Origin: Candidatus Levybacteria bacterium RIFCSPLOWO2_12_FULL_39_17 | GTDB taxonomy: Bacteria > Patescibacteriota > Microgenomatia > Levybacterales > GWA1-39-11 | Length of the DNA: 62,196 bases | Assembly (NCBI GenBank): GCA_001782675.1 | Contig: MFPJ01000035.1 | Span: 1 to 62,196, forward strand | Direction of reading: 5' to 3' | Shown here: piece by piece, positions 12,563-21,551 of the stretch | Position numbering within the stretch: the stretch's first letter is position 1 | Layout: the number at the start of each line of letters is the position of its first letter | Notes under the pieces: generated by a model | Seen by the model: the letters and a program-made list of their open reading frames with translations, nothing else | What the model was told of the DNA's origin: nothing | Database searches by the model: none | Position numbers and translations under genes: made by a program

Positions 12563-14320
12563 CTATTCCTGTGCTACTCTAAGAATTTCATCGATTGTTG
12601 AAATTCCCCCTAAAACCTTAAGATATCCGTCCTGCTTCATGGTTATCATCCCCTCTGCTTTGGCCTGTTTTTCGATTGTAGACGCATCGGATTTTGTCAA
12701 AATTAAACCGGCAAGTGTTTGGGTAACCGGCAAAACCTCAAATATTCCGACTCTTCCGGAATAGCCCGAGTGCCCGCAGTAATCACATCCCTCTCCTTTA
12801 TAAAGCAAAATTTCCTCATTTTTGATGGTTATTAGATTTCCAAGAACTTTCCCAAGCTCCCCAACCAGTTCTTTAGCGGGTTTATATTGCTTTTTACAGT
12901 GGGTACATATTTTCCTGGCAATTCGCTGCCCTAGTATGGCATTCATAGTTGAAGCGAGCAGAAAATTTTCCGCCCCCATATCCAATAAACGAGGAAGCGC
13001 GCCTGAGGCGCTTGATGTATGAAGTGTTGAAAACACCAGATGGCCGGTCAACGAGGCTTGAATTGCCAACTCGGTAGTTTCTTTATCCCGAATCTCTCCG
13101 ACAAGGATAATATTGGGATCCTGTCTTAAAAAAGAACGAAGTCCTGTAGCAAATGTCAATCCGACATCAGGATTAATCTGGACTTGATTAGAGCCATGTA
13201 TTTGGTATTCTACAGGATCCTCAAGCGTTAATATATTTACGCGAGTTGTATTTAACTTAGATAAAACCGAATAAAGAGTTGTGGTTTTTCCGGATCCTGT
13301 GGGTCCGCAAACAATTATTATCCCGTGCGGGCGAAGTATGGATACTTCCAAATTTTTTAATGCGGTCCCGCCTAGTCCAAGTTCAGGTAAGGTGGGTACT
13401 CCGCCCGACTTCTTAAGAAGACGCATGACTATTTTTTCTCCAAAAATTACGGGAAGAGAACTTACGCGAAGGTCCACCTCTTCATCTCCAAACTTAAAGT
13501 TAAATCTTCCATCCTGCGGTATCCTGTGTTCGTCAATTTTCATATCCGATAAAATCTTAATTCTTGATATGACAGCATCTTTTACGGGCAGCGGAAGAGA
13601 AAGTCTTTCATATAGTATGCCGTCAATTCTATACCTTACCCTGACTCTGTCTTCCTGAGGCTCCAAATGAACATCCGAGGCTTTACTTTTAACGGCATAT
13701 TCAAGAATAGTCGACACTATTTTGGCAATTGGCGCTTCTTTTATGACCTGAGACAAGCTTTCTTTATCAAAGGTTTTAACTCCTGTCATTTCCTCTGTCT
13801 CTTTTAAAGCTGCCTTTACTTCACCAACCAACCCAAATGTATATTGGTTTTGGATCGCATTTTTAATTTCTCCGGGGATCCCCTGAAAAGAAGCAATATT
13901 CGCGTTTGTTTTCTGTTTAACAAAATTGACTGTTTCAAGATCAAGAGGGTCGGACATTGCCAAAGATAATATGTTCCTTTCCTTATCGAAGGAAAAAGGA
14001 ATCACTTTGTATTTTTCGGCAACTCCTTTTGGGACAAAACTTAATGCTTCAGGAGAAAAAGGAAGTGTCGCGACCGAAACGAAGGGAATTCCGATAAGCT
14101 TGGCCCGCGCCTCATAATAATCATCTTCTTTTACCAATTTTGAATCAAGTAATACCTTGTCTATTGGCTCACCTTTATTTAGAGAATCTGATTTGAGCAG
14201 GTTGTATTGGTCAAGGATTATTTTTTTTTCTTGGAGTAAAATTCCGGTGATATTATTCCCAACATTTAAAGGAGCGGAAGTGGTTGTTGCGGAATTATTA
14301 TTAGGCAGCTGTTCATCCAT
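12563..14320 (-). CDS. pilB: type IV pilus assembly ATPase (GspE/PilB family)
   Basis: 585 aa. Has an N-terminal GspII_E-like domain, Walker A GPTGSGKTT, and a tetra-Cys cluster (CTHC ... CDYC). Confidence 0.9.
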   Translation of the reverse strand: MDEQLPNNNSATTTSAPLNVGNNITGILLQEKKIILDQYNLLKSDSLNKGEPIDKVLLDSKLVKEDDYYEARAKLIGIPFVSVATLPFSPEALSFVPKGVAEKYKVIPFSFDKERNILSLAMSDPLDLETVNFVKQKTNANIASFQGIPGEIKNAIQNQYTFGLVGEVKAALKETEEMTGVKTFDKESLSQVIKEAPIAKIVSTILEYAVKSKASDVHLEPQEDRVRVRYRIDGILYERLSLPLPVKDAVISRIKILSDMKIDEHRIPQDGRFNFKFGDEEVDLRVSSLPVIFGEKIVMRLLKKSGGVPTLPELGLGGTALKNLEVSILRPHGIIIVCGPTGSGKTTTLYSVLSKLNTTRVNILTLEDPVEYQIHGSNQVQINPDVGLTFATGLRSFLRQDPNIILVGEIRDKETTELAIQASLTGHLVFSTLHTSSASGALPRLLDMGAENFLLASTMNAILGQRIARKICTHCKKQYKPAKELVGELGKVLGNLITIKNEEILLYKGEGCDYCGHSGYSGRVGIFEVLPVTQTLAGLILTKSDASTIEKQAKAEGMITMKQDGYLKVLGGISTIDEILRVAQE

Positions 14321-14359
14321 ACACTCTCATGGTATTAGAATCCTTGATATAATGTCAAT

Positions 14360-15004
14360 ATGGACAGGTTTATTTTAAGCGGAAGTCAAGAGGCCAAAGA
14401 AGAATACATGGGCAAATTTATTAAAGAAAATAGGATACTTTCTTATAATATCAGAGTCTTCACGGAACCCTTGAAAATTTCTGATGCAAGGGAAATAAAA
14501 AGAATGCTGGGATTAAAAATCGATGATAAACAAAAAAGATTATTTATAATTGAGAGCGAACCTACAATAGAAGCCCAAAATGCGCTGCTTAAAACTCTTG
14601 AAGAATTATCCAAGGAGAGCTGTATTGTATTTTATTCTCCAAATCTTCTTCCTACAGTTATTTCAAGGTGTAGAACGGTTAACCTTGGAGCCCGGAAAAT
14701 TGAACCGAAAAAGGAGCAAGTGGATCAAGTCATGTCTTTAATTGGAGGACTTGGGGAAAAAAGAGAGCTTTATTCAATACTTTTGTTTTCGGATAAATGG
14801 TTTCAAAATGACAATATTGAAGATTTGCAGATTTGCGCAAGATTTGCCCTCTTGAGCTCAATTTCTTCCCGCGACTATCAAAAAATTAAGTTTTCATACA
14901 GATTGTTGCGAGCGCTTATCCTCCCCTGCTCTCTTATTCTATCCAATAATTTAAATAAAAGGATAGCAATCGAAAAAGCTCTAATTGAGGAGTTTGTATC
15001 CTGA
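14360..15004 (+). CDS. short DNA polymerase III delta-prime-like clamp-loader subunit
   Basis: 214 aa. AQNALLKTLEE and TVISRCR match the sensor motifs of the clamp-loader delta-prime/gamma family. No P-loop is present. Confidence 0.55.
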   Translation: MDRFILSGSQEAKEEYMGKFIKENRILSYNIRVFTEPLKISDAREIKRMLGLKIDDKQKRLFIIESEPTIEAQNALLKTLEELSKESCIVFYSPNLLPTVISRCRTVNLGARKIEPKKEQVDQVMSLIGGLGEKRELYSILLFSDKWFQNDNIEDLQICARFALLSSISSRDYQKIKFSYRLLRALILPCSLILSNNLNKRIAIEKALIEEFVS

Positions 15005-15019
15005 GAAGACAACTGCCCC

Positions 15020-15049
15020 TTGACAACCATTTTTATTTTTGATTATGAT
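15020..15049 (+). promoter_or_regulatory. sigma-70-like promoter of the major pilin gene
   Basis: TTGACA (15020-25), 18-nt spacer, TATGAT (15044-49). The ATG at 15059 is only 9 nt downstream of the -10 box. Confidence 0.4.
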
Positions 15050-15058
15050 TAATCTAGG

Positions 15059-15634
15059 ATGGAATTATCTGCCCAAAGTATCAAGTCGAACCTCAGTAAA
15101 GGATTTACTCTCATTGAGCTTCTTGTAGTTATCGGTATTTTAGGAATTCTTGCGGCTGCTTTGGTTGCAACTATTGATCCATTTGAACAATTGAAGAAAG
15201 CCGATGATTCAAAGATTAAAAATATTGCTGTTGAATTCCAAACTGCAAATGTAAGATATTACACAACACACGGGGCATTTCCTTGGAGCGATGCGAATAA
15301 TCTTAATAATCCTAACTGTACAGGGAATAGTACATGGCCTATTCAGCTTGGGGCAACCGGCATGGTGGAATGTATTGATAACTCAAGCGGGAGCTTAACG
15401 GCAGAAGGAGAATTAAAAAAAGCCTTCGCTTCAAATCTGACTGACCTTAATAAAGTTTATGTAACATGGAGCTCAACCGATACAACCAATTTAATTGTTT
15501 GTTTCAGTCCTACATCAAAATCCCAAAAAGCGGCTCCTGAGACCAAATATAATAATGACGGAACAGACGCTCCTGCCGGTACATGTCCGGATTCAAGTGC
15601 TCCTGATGGAACCTGCTTCTGGTGCACAAGATAG
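15059..15634 (+). CDS. pilA: type IV pilin (probable major pilin)
   Basis: Prepilin cleavage/methylation motif KG|FTLIELLVVIGILGILAA. 191 aa with C-terminal Cys residues. Confidence 0.85.
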   Translation: MELSAQSIKSNLSKGFTLIELLVVIGILGILAAALVATIDPFEQLKKADDSKIKNIAVEFQTANVRYYTTHGAFPWSDANNLNNPNCTGNSTWPIQLGATGMVECIDNSSGSLTAEGELKKAFASNLTDLNKVYVTWSSTDTTNLIVCFSPTSKSQKAAPETKYNNDGTDAPAGTCPDSSAPDGTCFWCTR

Positions 15635-15682
15635 TTAAATACCCTCTTCCCTCTTTGACTATTTTAAATATATAATTTTATT

Positions 15683-16459
15683 ATGTTTATACTATCTTTT
15701 ATCTTGTCGTTTTTATTCGGCGCGGCTGTCGGCAGTTTTCTAGCTGTATTGATTGACAGGTTGAGGAGGGGAGAAACTTTTATTTCAGGAAGATCGAAGT
15801 GCGAATCATGCAAGAGAACATTAACTCCTTCGGAACTTATTCCGATATTATCTTTTTTCCTCCAAAAAGGAAAATGCAAAGGCTGCAAGGCTAAAATACC
15901 TTCAAGGCTGATTATTGCTGAGATTTTAACAGGATTATCTTTTGCCGGACTATTTTTACTTTATTATTTTGGCGGGATAGGAATAATCGAGTTAATTTAT
16001 CTCATTTTAATTCTCTCTATTTCTATTGGGATTTTTATTAGCGATATCGCTTACGGAATAATTCCGGATGAACTTGTTGTTGCTTTTCTGAGCGTTTCTT
16101 TGCTCTACGGTTTTGTTTTTGTTCCATTTGATATGATCAACCATTTTCTCTCAGGTATAGTTTTAATGCTCCTTTTTCTTATTCTATTTTTGTCAACAAA
16201 GGGACGCGGCATGGGATTTGGTGATGTTAAGCTCTCATTTGCCCTCGGCATTTTCCTGGGATTCCCTAAAATAATAGTTTCTACATATATGGCATTCTTG
16301 ACAGGAGCTTTTGTCTCCGTAATACTGATTATGTGGGGCAAGAAACGCTTAAAGAAAGATACAATTCCTTTTGGTCCGTTTCTAATTTTCTCTGCTCTGG
16401 TTTCTTATTTCATTGGAGAAATATTAATCGCACAATTCCTAGACTTTTTCCAAAGATGA
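15683..16459 (+). CDS. pilD: prepilin peptidase (A24 family)
   Basis: 258 aa. N-terminal CxxC...CxxC (CESCKRTL ... CKGCKAKI), polytopic membrane domain, and a GMGFGDVKL aspartyl motif. Confidence 0.9.
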   Translation: MFILSFILSFLFGAAVGSFLAVLIDRLRRGETFISGRSKCESCKRTLTPSELIPILSFFLQKGKCKGCKAKIPSRLIIAEILTGLSFAGLFLLYYFGGIGIIELIYLILILSISIGIFISDIAYGIIPDELVVAFLSVSLLYGFVFVPFDMINHFLSGIVLMLLFLILFLSTKGRGMGFGDVKLSFALGIFLGFPKIIVSTYMAFLTGAFVSVILIMWGKKRLKKDTIPFGPFLIFSALVSYFIGEILIAQFLDFFQR

Positions 16460-17028
16460 AGCATCAACTTTCACCACTTGTTGACTCTCATTCCCGATTG
16501 AATCGTTGTCAGTTGTCAGTTGTCAGTTGTAAGTTGTCCTCAGATGGCTTTACCTTGATCGAGTTGGTTCTTGTTGTAGCCATAATGGGTATTCTTTCTG
16601 CTTTCTTCCTTACTGTTCTTAATCCCTTTGAGCAATTCAAGAAAGCAGCCGATTCTCAAAGGAAAAGCGACCTGGCTCAAGTTCAAAGAGCGCTTGAGGT
16701 ATATTATGAGGATTACTCCAGATATCCGGAGGCTTCTTCCGACAAAATTGCTCCCCAGGGTTCCGTTAAAAATTGGGGTAGTTCATGGGCTCCGTATATT
16801 AATCTATTACCAAAAGACTCAAGCACCCAAAAATTATACATTTATATGGTTTCTCCTGATGGGCAAAGTTATTGGCTTTATGCATCTTTGGACCGACAAG
16901 GAAAGGATCCACAAGCCTGTAATCAAGACGGCTCTGCTTGTTCAAATGTCCCTGCCGGTCTTGTCTGTGGAGCAAGTGCTTCACAAATTTGTAATTACGG
17001 TATTTCCAGCCCCAATGTTTCGCCATAG
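16456..17028 (+). CDS. type IV pilin-like protein
   Basis: The ATG at 16456 overlaps the pilD TGA (ATGA). Leader MKHQLSPLVDSHSRLNRCQLSVVSCKLSSDG precedes FTLIELVLVVAIMGIL. The track ORF 16333..17028 extends spuriously back into pilD. Confidence 0.8.
   Translation: MKHQLSPLVDSHSRLNRCQLSVVSCKLSSDGFTLIELVLVVAIMGILSAFFLTVLNPFEQFKKAADSQRKSDLAQVQRALEVYYEDYSRYPEASSDKIAPQGSVKNWGSSWAPYINLLPKDSSTQKLYIYMVSPDGQSYWLYASLDRQGKDPQACNQDGSACSNVPAGLVCGASASQICNYGISSPNVSP
16505..16539 (+). repeat. GTTGTCA heptamer tandem repeat (5 units) inside the pilin leader-coding region
   Basis: Units gttgtca x3, gttgtaa, gttgtcc. The unit length is not a multiple of 3. Confidence 0.85.
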
Positions 17029-17037
17029 GGCAAAACA

Positions 17038-17072
17038 ACAATTGACATTTAACAATTAACAGTTGACAGTGT
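17038..17072 (+). repeat. degenerate heptamer array in the pilin-pilin spacer
   Basis: Units acaattg acattta acaatta acagttg acagtgt. Confidence 0.6.
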
Positions 17073-17109
17073 TATTGTCAAAAAGAACAAAATGATCTAA
17101 ACTGGAATT

Positions 17110-17571
17110 ATGAAGAAACATTCAAAAAGTCAGGCGTCAGTTGTCAATTGTCAATTGTCCCGGAGGGGCTTTACCTTAATCGAGCTTCTGGTAGTTGTTT
17201 CCATCATTTCAATTCTCGCGTCCCTCTTAATAGCAAACTTTGTAGGGATAAGACAGAGAGGGCGAGATGCGCAAAGAAAATCGGATCTTCGCCAAGTCCA
17301 AACGGCGCTTGAATTATATAGAGCGGATAATGGAACCTATCCTGTCAGTCTATCTGCTTGCGGAAGTCCATTCACTTACAATTCAACAACTTATATGCAA
17401 AAATTGCCTTGCGATCCACTCCAGGAAACAGATTACACATTTTCATCCGACGGCATAATCTATACGATATATGCCTGTCTTGAAAATGACAATGATTCGG
17501 ACCGAGACAACACAACTCAACCGGGATGTACAGCGGTAACAAATAATTCGTTTACGGTAGTAAACCCCTAA
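17110..17571 (+). CDS. type IV pilin / GspG-like pseudopilin
   Basis: Leader MKKHSKSQASVVNCQLSRRG precedes FTLIELLVVVSIISILASLL. Also has RDAQRKSDLRQVQTALELY, typical of GspG-like pilins. Confidence 0.85.
   Translation: MKKHSKSQASVVNCQLSRRGFTLIELLVVVSIISILASLLIANFVGIRQRGRDAQRKSDLRQVQTALELYRADNGTYPVSLSACGSPFTYNSTTYMQKLPCDPLQETDYTFSSDGIIYTIYACLENDNDSDRDNTTQPGCTAVTNNSFTVVNP
17131..17158 (+). repeat. CAGTTGT/CAATTGT heptamer tandem repeat inside the pilin leader-coding region
   Basis: Units caggcgt cagttgt caattgt caattgt. Confidence 0.8.
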
Positions 17572-17573
17572 TA

Positions 17574-18116
17574 ATGTTAAATTTCAAATTTCCCTTCGAA
17601 AAATCTCAGGACAAACAAATTTCAAATTTCAAATTCGCGAATGGCTTTACATTGATTGAGCTTCTGGTTGTTTTCTCTTTGATTGCAGTGATTACCGGAA
17701 TTGGTTTGGTTTCATTGGTTTCTTACAGCAGAGCTCAAACGGTGAAGCAGGCAGCGGCAGAAGTTAAACAAATGATTGATTTGGCCAAGTTTAACTCTTT
17801 GTCTTTTGTTAAGCCTGAAAGCTGCACGGATGCGCTTGCGGGATATAAACTGGACTTTTGCGCAAACACCCTTTGTCAAAGGGCAAATGTAGATTATGAA
17901 ATAGTTGTTTTGTGTACAACTGATGACCCGGTAGTTCAATTCAGAAATTTTCCGAGCAATATTTCAACCAACAATATCGGATTAAGTGAGCCCTGTACTT
18001 CGATTACATTTAATATTAATAAGCAAACTCAGGGTATCCCTTGTGAAATAAATGTTGCCGGCTATAATAATCAAGTTAAATTATCGGTTGATTCGGTAGG
18101 ATATGTTACTTATTAA
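17574..18116 (+). CDS. type IV pilin-like protein
   Basis: Leader MLNFKFPFEKSQDKQISNFKFANG precedes FTLIELLVVFSLIAVITGI. Confidence 0.75.
   Translation: MLNFKFPFEKSQDKQISNFKFANGFTLIELLVVFSLIAVITGIGLVSLVSYSRAQTVKQAAAEVKQMIDLAKFNSLSFVKPESCTDALAGYKLDFCANTLCQRANVDYEIVVLCTTDDPVVQFRNFPSNISTNNIGLSEPCTSITFNINKQTQGIPCEINVAGYNNQVKLSVDSVGYVTY
17617..17637 (+). repeat. AAATTTC heptamer tandem repeat inside the pilin leader-coding region
   Basis: Units aaatttc aaatttc aaattcg. Two more aaatttc units lie at 17579-17592. Confidence 0.75.
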
Positions 18117-18597
18117 ATTCATCAAAGACCAAAGGGGACAGACTATTGTAGAAGCAACCATTGCTCTTGCTTCAATTCTTTTAGCGCTTACGGCAATATC
18201 TATTGCTGTTATGACAAGTCTTAATAATTCAAGTTTCATAAAAGATCAGACTCTTGCAAGCAAATATGCGCAACAGGGAATGGAACATATGAGATATTTA
18301 AGGAATATCGATCCGGTTTCCTTTGAGGCCATGGAAAGCCAAATATATTGCATGAATCCTCCTGATAACTCACTTATTCCCGGGCAATGCTCCGGAGTTA
18401 ACATCGCTACCGATGGGCAATTTAAGAGGGAAGCGGAAATTCAGCAAAGCTCATTGGTCGATTGCAGCATGGGTACAAAGATTATCGTTACCGTCTATTG
18501 GGCAAGCAGCAAGTGTGATGCGGCAGATAGGTTTTGCCATAAGTCCCAATTGATTTCTTGTTTTTCAAGACAGTCTGATGAAGGAAGGACTTTATGA
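18103..18597 (+). CDS. minor pilin-like protein (non-canonical N-terminus)
   Basis: 164 aa. RGQ|TIVEATIALASILLALTAISIAV resembles a pseudopilin/TadE-like hydrophobic N-terminus. Sits inside the pilin gene run. Confidence 0.5.
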   Translation: MLLIKFIKDQRGQTIVEATIALASILLALTAISIAVMTSLNNSSFIKDQTLASKYAQQGMEHMRYLRNIDPVSFEAMESQIYCMNPPDNSLIPGQCSGVNIATDGQFKREAEIQQSSLVDCSMGTKIIVTVYWASSKCDAADRFCHKSQLISCFSRQSDEGRTL

Positions 18598-19130
18598 TAA
18601 AAAAATATGATTTGGGATATACCGTTGTTGAATTATTGGCGGTAGTTGCTATTCTAATGATTGTTTCGGGAATTGTAATAGGGATTCTCTACTCGACGCT
18701 TCGAGGAAGCGCTAAAACCAAAATCACCACGGATATCTCTCAAAATGGAAATTATGCAATTTCGGTAATTTCCGACATTATAGTTGATTCGACAAACATT
18801 ACTAAAATTGGTGGCTCTGATATTGCAGATTGTACATCCAGCCCGGAAGGTTCTTCAATAACATTCAAGAGACTAAACGGAAACTTCACGAATCTTGCCT
18901 GTGAAAATCAGACAATTACATCAGACAGTGCCTCTCTGATTAATACTAATCTGGCCGAACTTGTTGATGGAACCTGTTCTTTCTATTGTTCTCAACTCTC
19001 AAATGACCCTTACGCAATACCAATCGTCAGAGTTAAATTCAAGTTGCAGGATAAAGGAACAGGTTTATCCGAAACAAAAGCCTCCTCCACCTTTGAAACC
19101 TCAGTATCCCTCAGAAATTACTCTCCGTAG
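18594..19130 (+). CDS. minor pilin-like protein
   Basis: 178 aa. LG|YTVVELLAVVAILMIVSGIVIGIL is prepilin-like with Glu at position +5. Confidence 0.6.
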   Translation: MIKKYDLGYTVVELLAVVAILMIVSGIVIGILYSTLRGSAKTKITTDISQNGNYAISVISDIIVDSTNITKIGGSDIADCTSSPEGSSITFKRLNGNFTNLACENQTITSDSASLINTNLAELVDGTCSFYCSQLSNDPYAIPIVRVKFKLQDKGTGLSETKASSTFETSVSLRNYSP

Positions 19131-19185
19131 ATAGATCCTCAAGCGCCCGGCAGGGATTGACATTAACTTTGTTTTTCCCCTATTA

Positions 19186-19980
19186 TTGTATATAGGAGTG
19201 AAAAAGATAAATTTAGAGTCAGGACAAATGCTGCTTGTGGTGGTACTAACCATGATAGTTGCCTTGACTGTTGGATTGTCTCTTGCCTCAAGAACGATTA
19301 CCAATATGAAGATCTCCAAGCAAAACGAGGAATCACAAAGAGCATTTCAAGCGGCAGAGGCAGGAATTGAAAGGGCGCTTGAATCGGCAATAGGATCAAG
19401 TCTTGAGTTCGGAAACAATTCAAAATTTACGACTACCATAACAAATCCGCAAGGCTCAAGTTTTCTTCTCAATGCGGGCGAGACGGTTGAGCAAGATGTG
19501 GGTCTTGATGTGTGGCTTTCGGAATACCCCAATTATGCAAATCCCGTAACAGGCACCGTATATGTCTATTGGAGTACGACTAATCAGGGTTGTGGCAGGA
19601 CTGATGATAATGTTGCCGCCGCTTTATCTATAGTTACTTTATCAGGCAACCTTTCAAATCCGACGGTTACAAGAGAGGTTTATGATCCTTGCACAAGAAT
19701 ACCAAACGGATCACTCTTTGATTCAAGGGGTGGATCGGTTGATGGCACGAGCTTTAATTATGCTACATCAATTCCTGTTCTGGACGGTATAATAATGAGG
19801 GTTATTCCGGTCTACAATTCAACAAAAATCGGGGTAACATCAAGCGTGGCTCTTCCTAAGCAAGGAACAGTTGTTGAGTCTGTCGGTGAATCAGGGGAAA
19901 CTGTGCGAAGGGTCCAGTATTTCTCCTCCAATCCACAGGTACCTCTGGAGATTTTTCCTTACTCAATACTTTCACAATGA
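19186..19980 (+). CDS. PilX-like minor pilin / pilus tip-associated protein
   Basis: 264 aa. SGQMLLVVVLTMIVALTVGLSLASR followed by RAFQAAEAGIERAL resembles the PilX N-terminal domain. Confidence 0.5.
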   Translation: MYIGVKKINLESGQMLLVVVLTMIVALTVGLSLASRTITNMKISKQNEESQRAFQAAEAGIERALESAIGSSLEFGNNSKFTTTITNPQGSSFLLNAGETVEQDVGLDVWLSEYPNYANPVTGTVYVYWSTTNQGCGRTDDNVAAALSIVTLSGNLSNPTVTREVYDPCTRIPNGSLFDSRGGSVDGTSFNYATSIPVLDGIIMRVIPVYNSTKIGVTSSVALPKQGTVVESVGESGETVRRVQYFSSNPQVPLEIFPYSILSQ

Positions 19981-21005
19981 AATCAAAAGCTTTTGGGCTT
20001 GATATAGGAAACACATCCATTAAGATTGCTTCCATCAGAAAAGACGGGAATTCTCTGATGCTAGAGTCGGTTGCTACCGCTCCCTCAACCCCCAAAGGTA
20101 TCTTATCTGAATCGATTGTTGATCTTCAGGTTCTATCGGAATCAATTAAACAAATGCTTGCCCAGAGCAATATAAAGAATACGAATGTTGCATTGTCTCT
20201 TCCCGAAAGCCGTGTCTATACAAAAGTTATTGAGATGCCGGATCTCTCCGAACAGGAATTATCCGCTGCCCTGAAATTTGAAATGGAACAATATGTTCCC
20301 CTTCCTTTAGATCAGGTTAGAACGGATTGGGAAATTTTAGGAAAAAAAGAAATTCAAGGCAAAAAAACCATGGATGTAATGTTGATTGCTGCTCCCCTTT
20401 CGATTATTGAAAAATATGAAAAACTAGCGGAGCTTGCCGGACTTACCCCCCAAATCATAGAAACGGAGGTAGTTTCGGTTCATAGGGCGCTTTTACCGTT
20501 TATCAATACTCCCGATTCCAATGTGATAGTTCACATAGGAGCAACAACCACGACTATTGCGGTAACTCAAGCAGGCATAATAAGAATAGTTTTCTCAATT
20601 GCCTTGGGTGGTCTTGCTGTCACCCGCGCGATATCGGTTGATCTTGGAATAGACATAAATCAGGCCGAGAATTATAAGAAAGCCTATGGATTAAATAAAG
20701 AGGCATTTGAAGGAAAAATCGGAAAGTCGCTCGCGCCTATTCTTGAGTCTATTTCAGGGGATGTTAAAAAGGCAATTCTTCTTTTCAAAGAGAAAAGCAA
20801 CGAACCTATTAAGCAGGTGGTTCTTTCAGGGGGAAGCGCTCTCCTTCCCGGAATTGATGCTTTTCTAACAAATGCTCTTTCCTCCCAGGTTGTCCTTGGC
20901 AACACTTTCTCAGCTTACAATATCGCGAATGTTCCAAATGAACTTCAAATTGAGGCTCCAAGCTATAATGTAGTTGTCGGTTTGGCGCTCCGAAGCTTTC
21001 TATGA
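19977..21005 (+). CDS. pilM: type IV pilus assembly protein PilM (actin-like ATPase fold)
   Basis: 342 aa. Starts FGLDIGNTSIKIA, has LKFEMEQYVPLPLDQV, and ends with LSGGSALLPGI. Confidence 0.85.
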   Translation: MKSKAFGLDIGNTSIKIASIRKDGNSLMLESVATAPSTPKGILSESIVDLQVLSESIKQMLAQSNIKNTNVALSLPESRVYTKVIEMPDLSEQELSAALKFEMEQYVPLPLDQVRTDWEILGKKEIQGKKTMDVMLIAAPLSIIEKYEKLAELAGLTPQIIETEVVSVHRALLPFINTPDSNVIVHIGATTTTIAVTQAGIIRIVFSIALGGLAVTRAISVDLGIDINQAENYKKAYGLNKEAFEGKIGKSLAPILESISGDVKKAILLFKEKSNEPIKQVVLSGGSALLPGIDAFLTNALSSQVVLGNTFSAYNIANVPNELQIEAPSYNVVVGLALRSFL

Positions 21006-21547
21006 AAACAAATATAAACTTAATTGGTCAAACTCGCGCGCAAAAAAAGAGACTCAATATTTTTTTCATTGCTTCACTTTCTGTTTTTTTGATAATTTTT
21101 ATCATATCCTTATTTTTCTTGGTCTATTCCTTAATGCTTAAGGCGCGTGCACAAGGCCTCTTGAAAAAGGAAAATTCATTGAGATCGCAGATTACAGTTT
21201 ATTCTGCTCAAAAGGAAAAGCTATTAATAGTTGGGGAAAGGTTAGGCAACCTTAGGAAAGTTATCTCCTCAAGAGGGAACATCGATACAAGAGCGGAAAC
21301 CATTCTATCGGTTATTCCGTCTGATTTTAACATTGAAGCTTTGATGGCCGACAGTAAAGTTGTAACAATTAAAATATCCTCGCCCGATCTCACGAGCTTT
21401 GATACTCTCCTTGAAGAAAGAATTCCAAACTTCACCAAAAATAATAGTTTGAAAATCGCGAGAGTGAATGTGGATTATTTTTCTCAAAAAAAAGATGACT
21501 ACTCCCTTTCCTTGAGTTTTCACTTTGCACCGCAGAAACTTAAATAG
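21002..21547 (+). CDS. pilN: PilN-like bitopic pilus alignment protein
   Basis: 181 aa, one N-terminal TM helix. Its start overlaps the pilM stop. Assigned by position and topology. Confidence 0.55.
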   Translation: MKTNINLIGQTRAQKKRLNIFFIASLSVFLIIFIISLFFLVYSLMLKARAQGLLKKENSLRSQITVYSAQKEKLLIVGERLGNLRKVISSRGNIDTRAETILSVIPSDFNIEALMADSKVVTIKISSPDLTSFDTLLEERIPNFTKNNSLKIARVNVDYFSQKKDDYSLSLSFHFAPQKLK

Positions 21548-21551
21548 TTTT

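Noticed and set aside
16333-16455. Upstream 41 codons of track ORF 16333..17028
   Set aside because: They overlap pilD in another frame. The ATG at 16456, overlapping the pilD stop, gives a normal prepilin.
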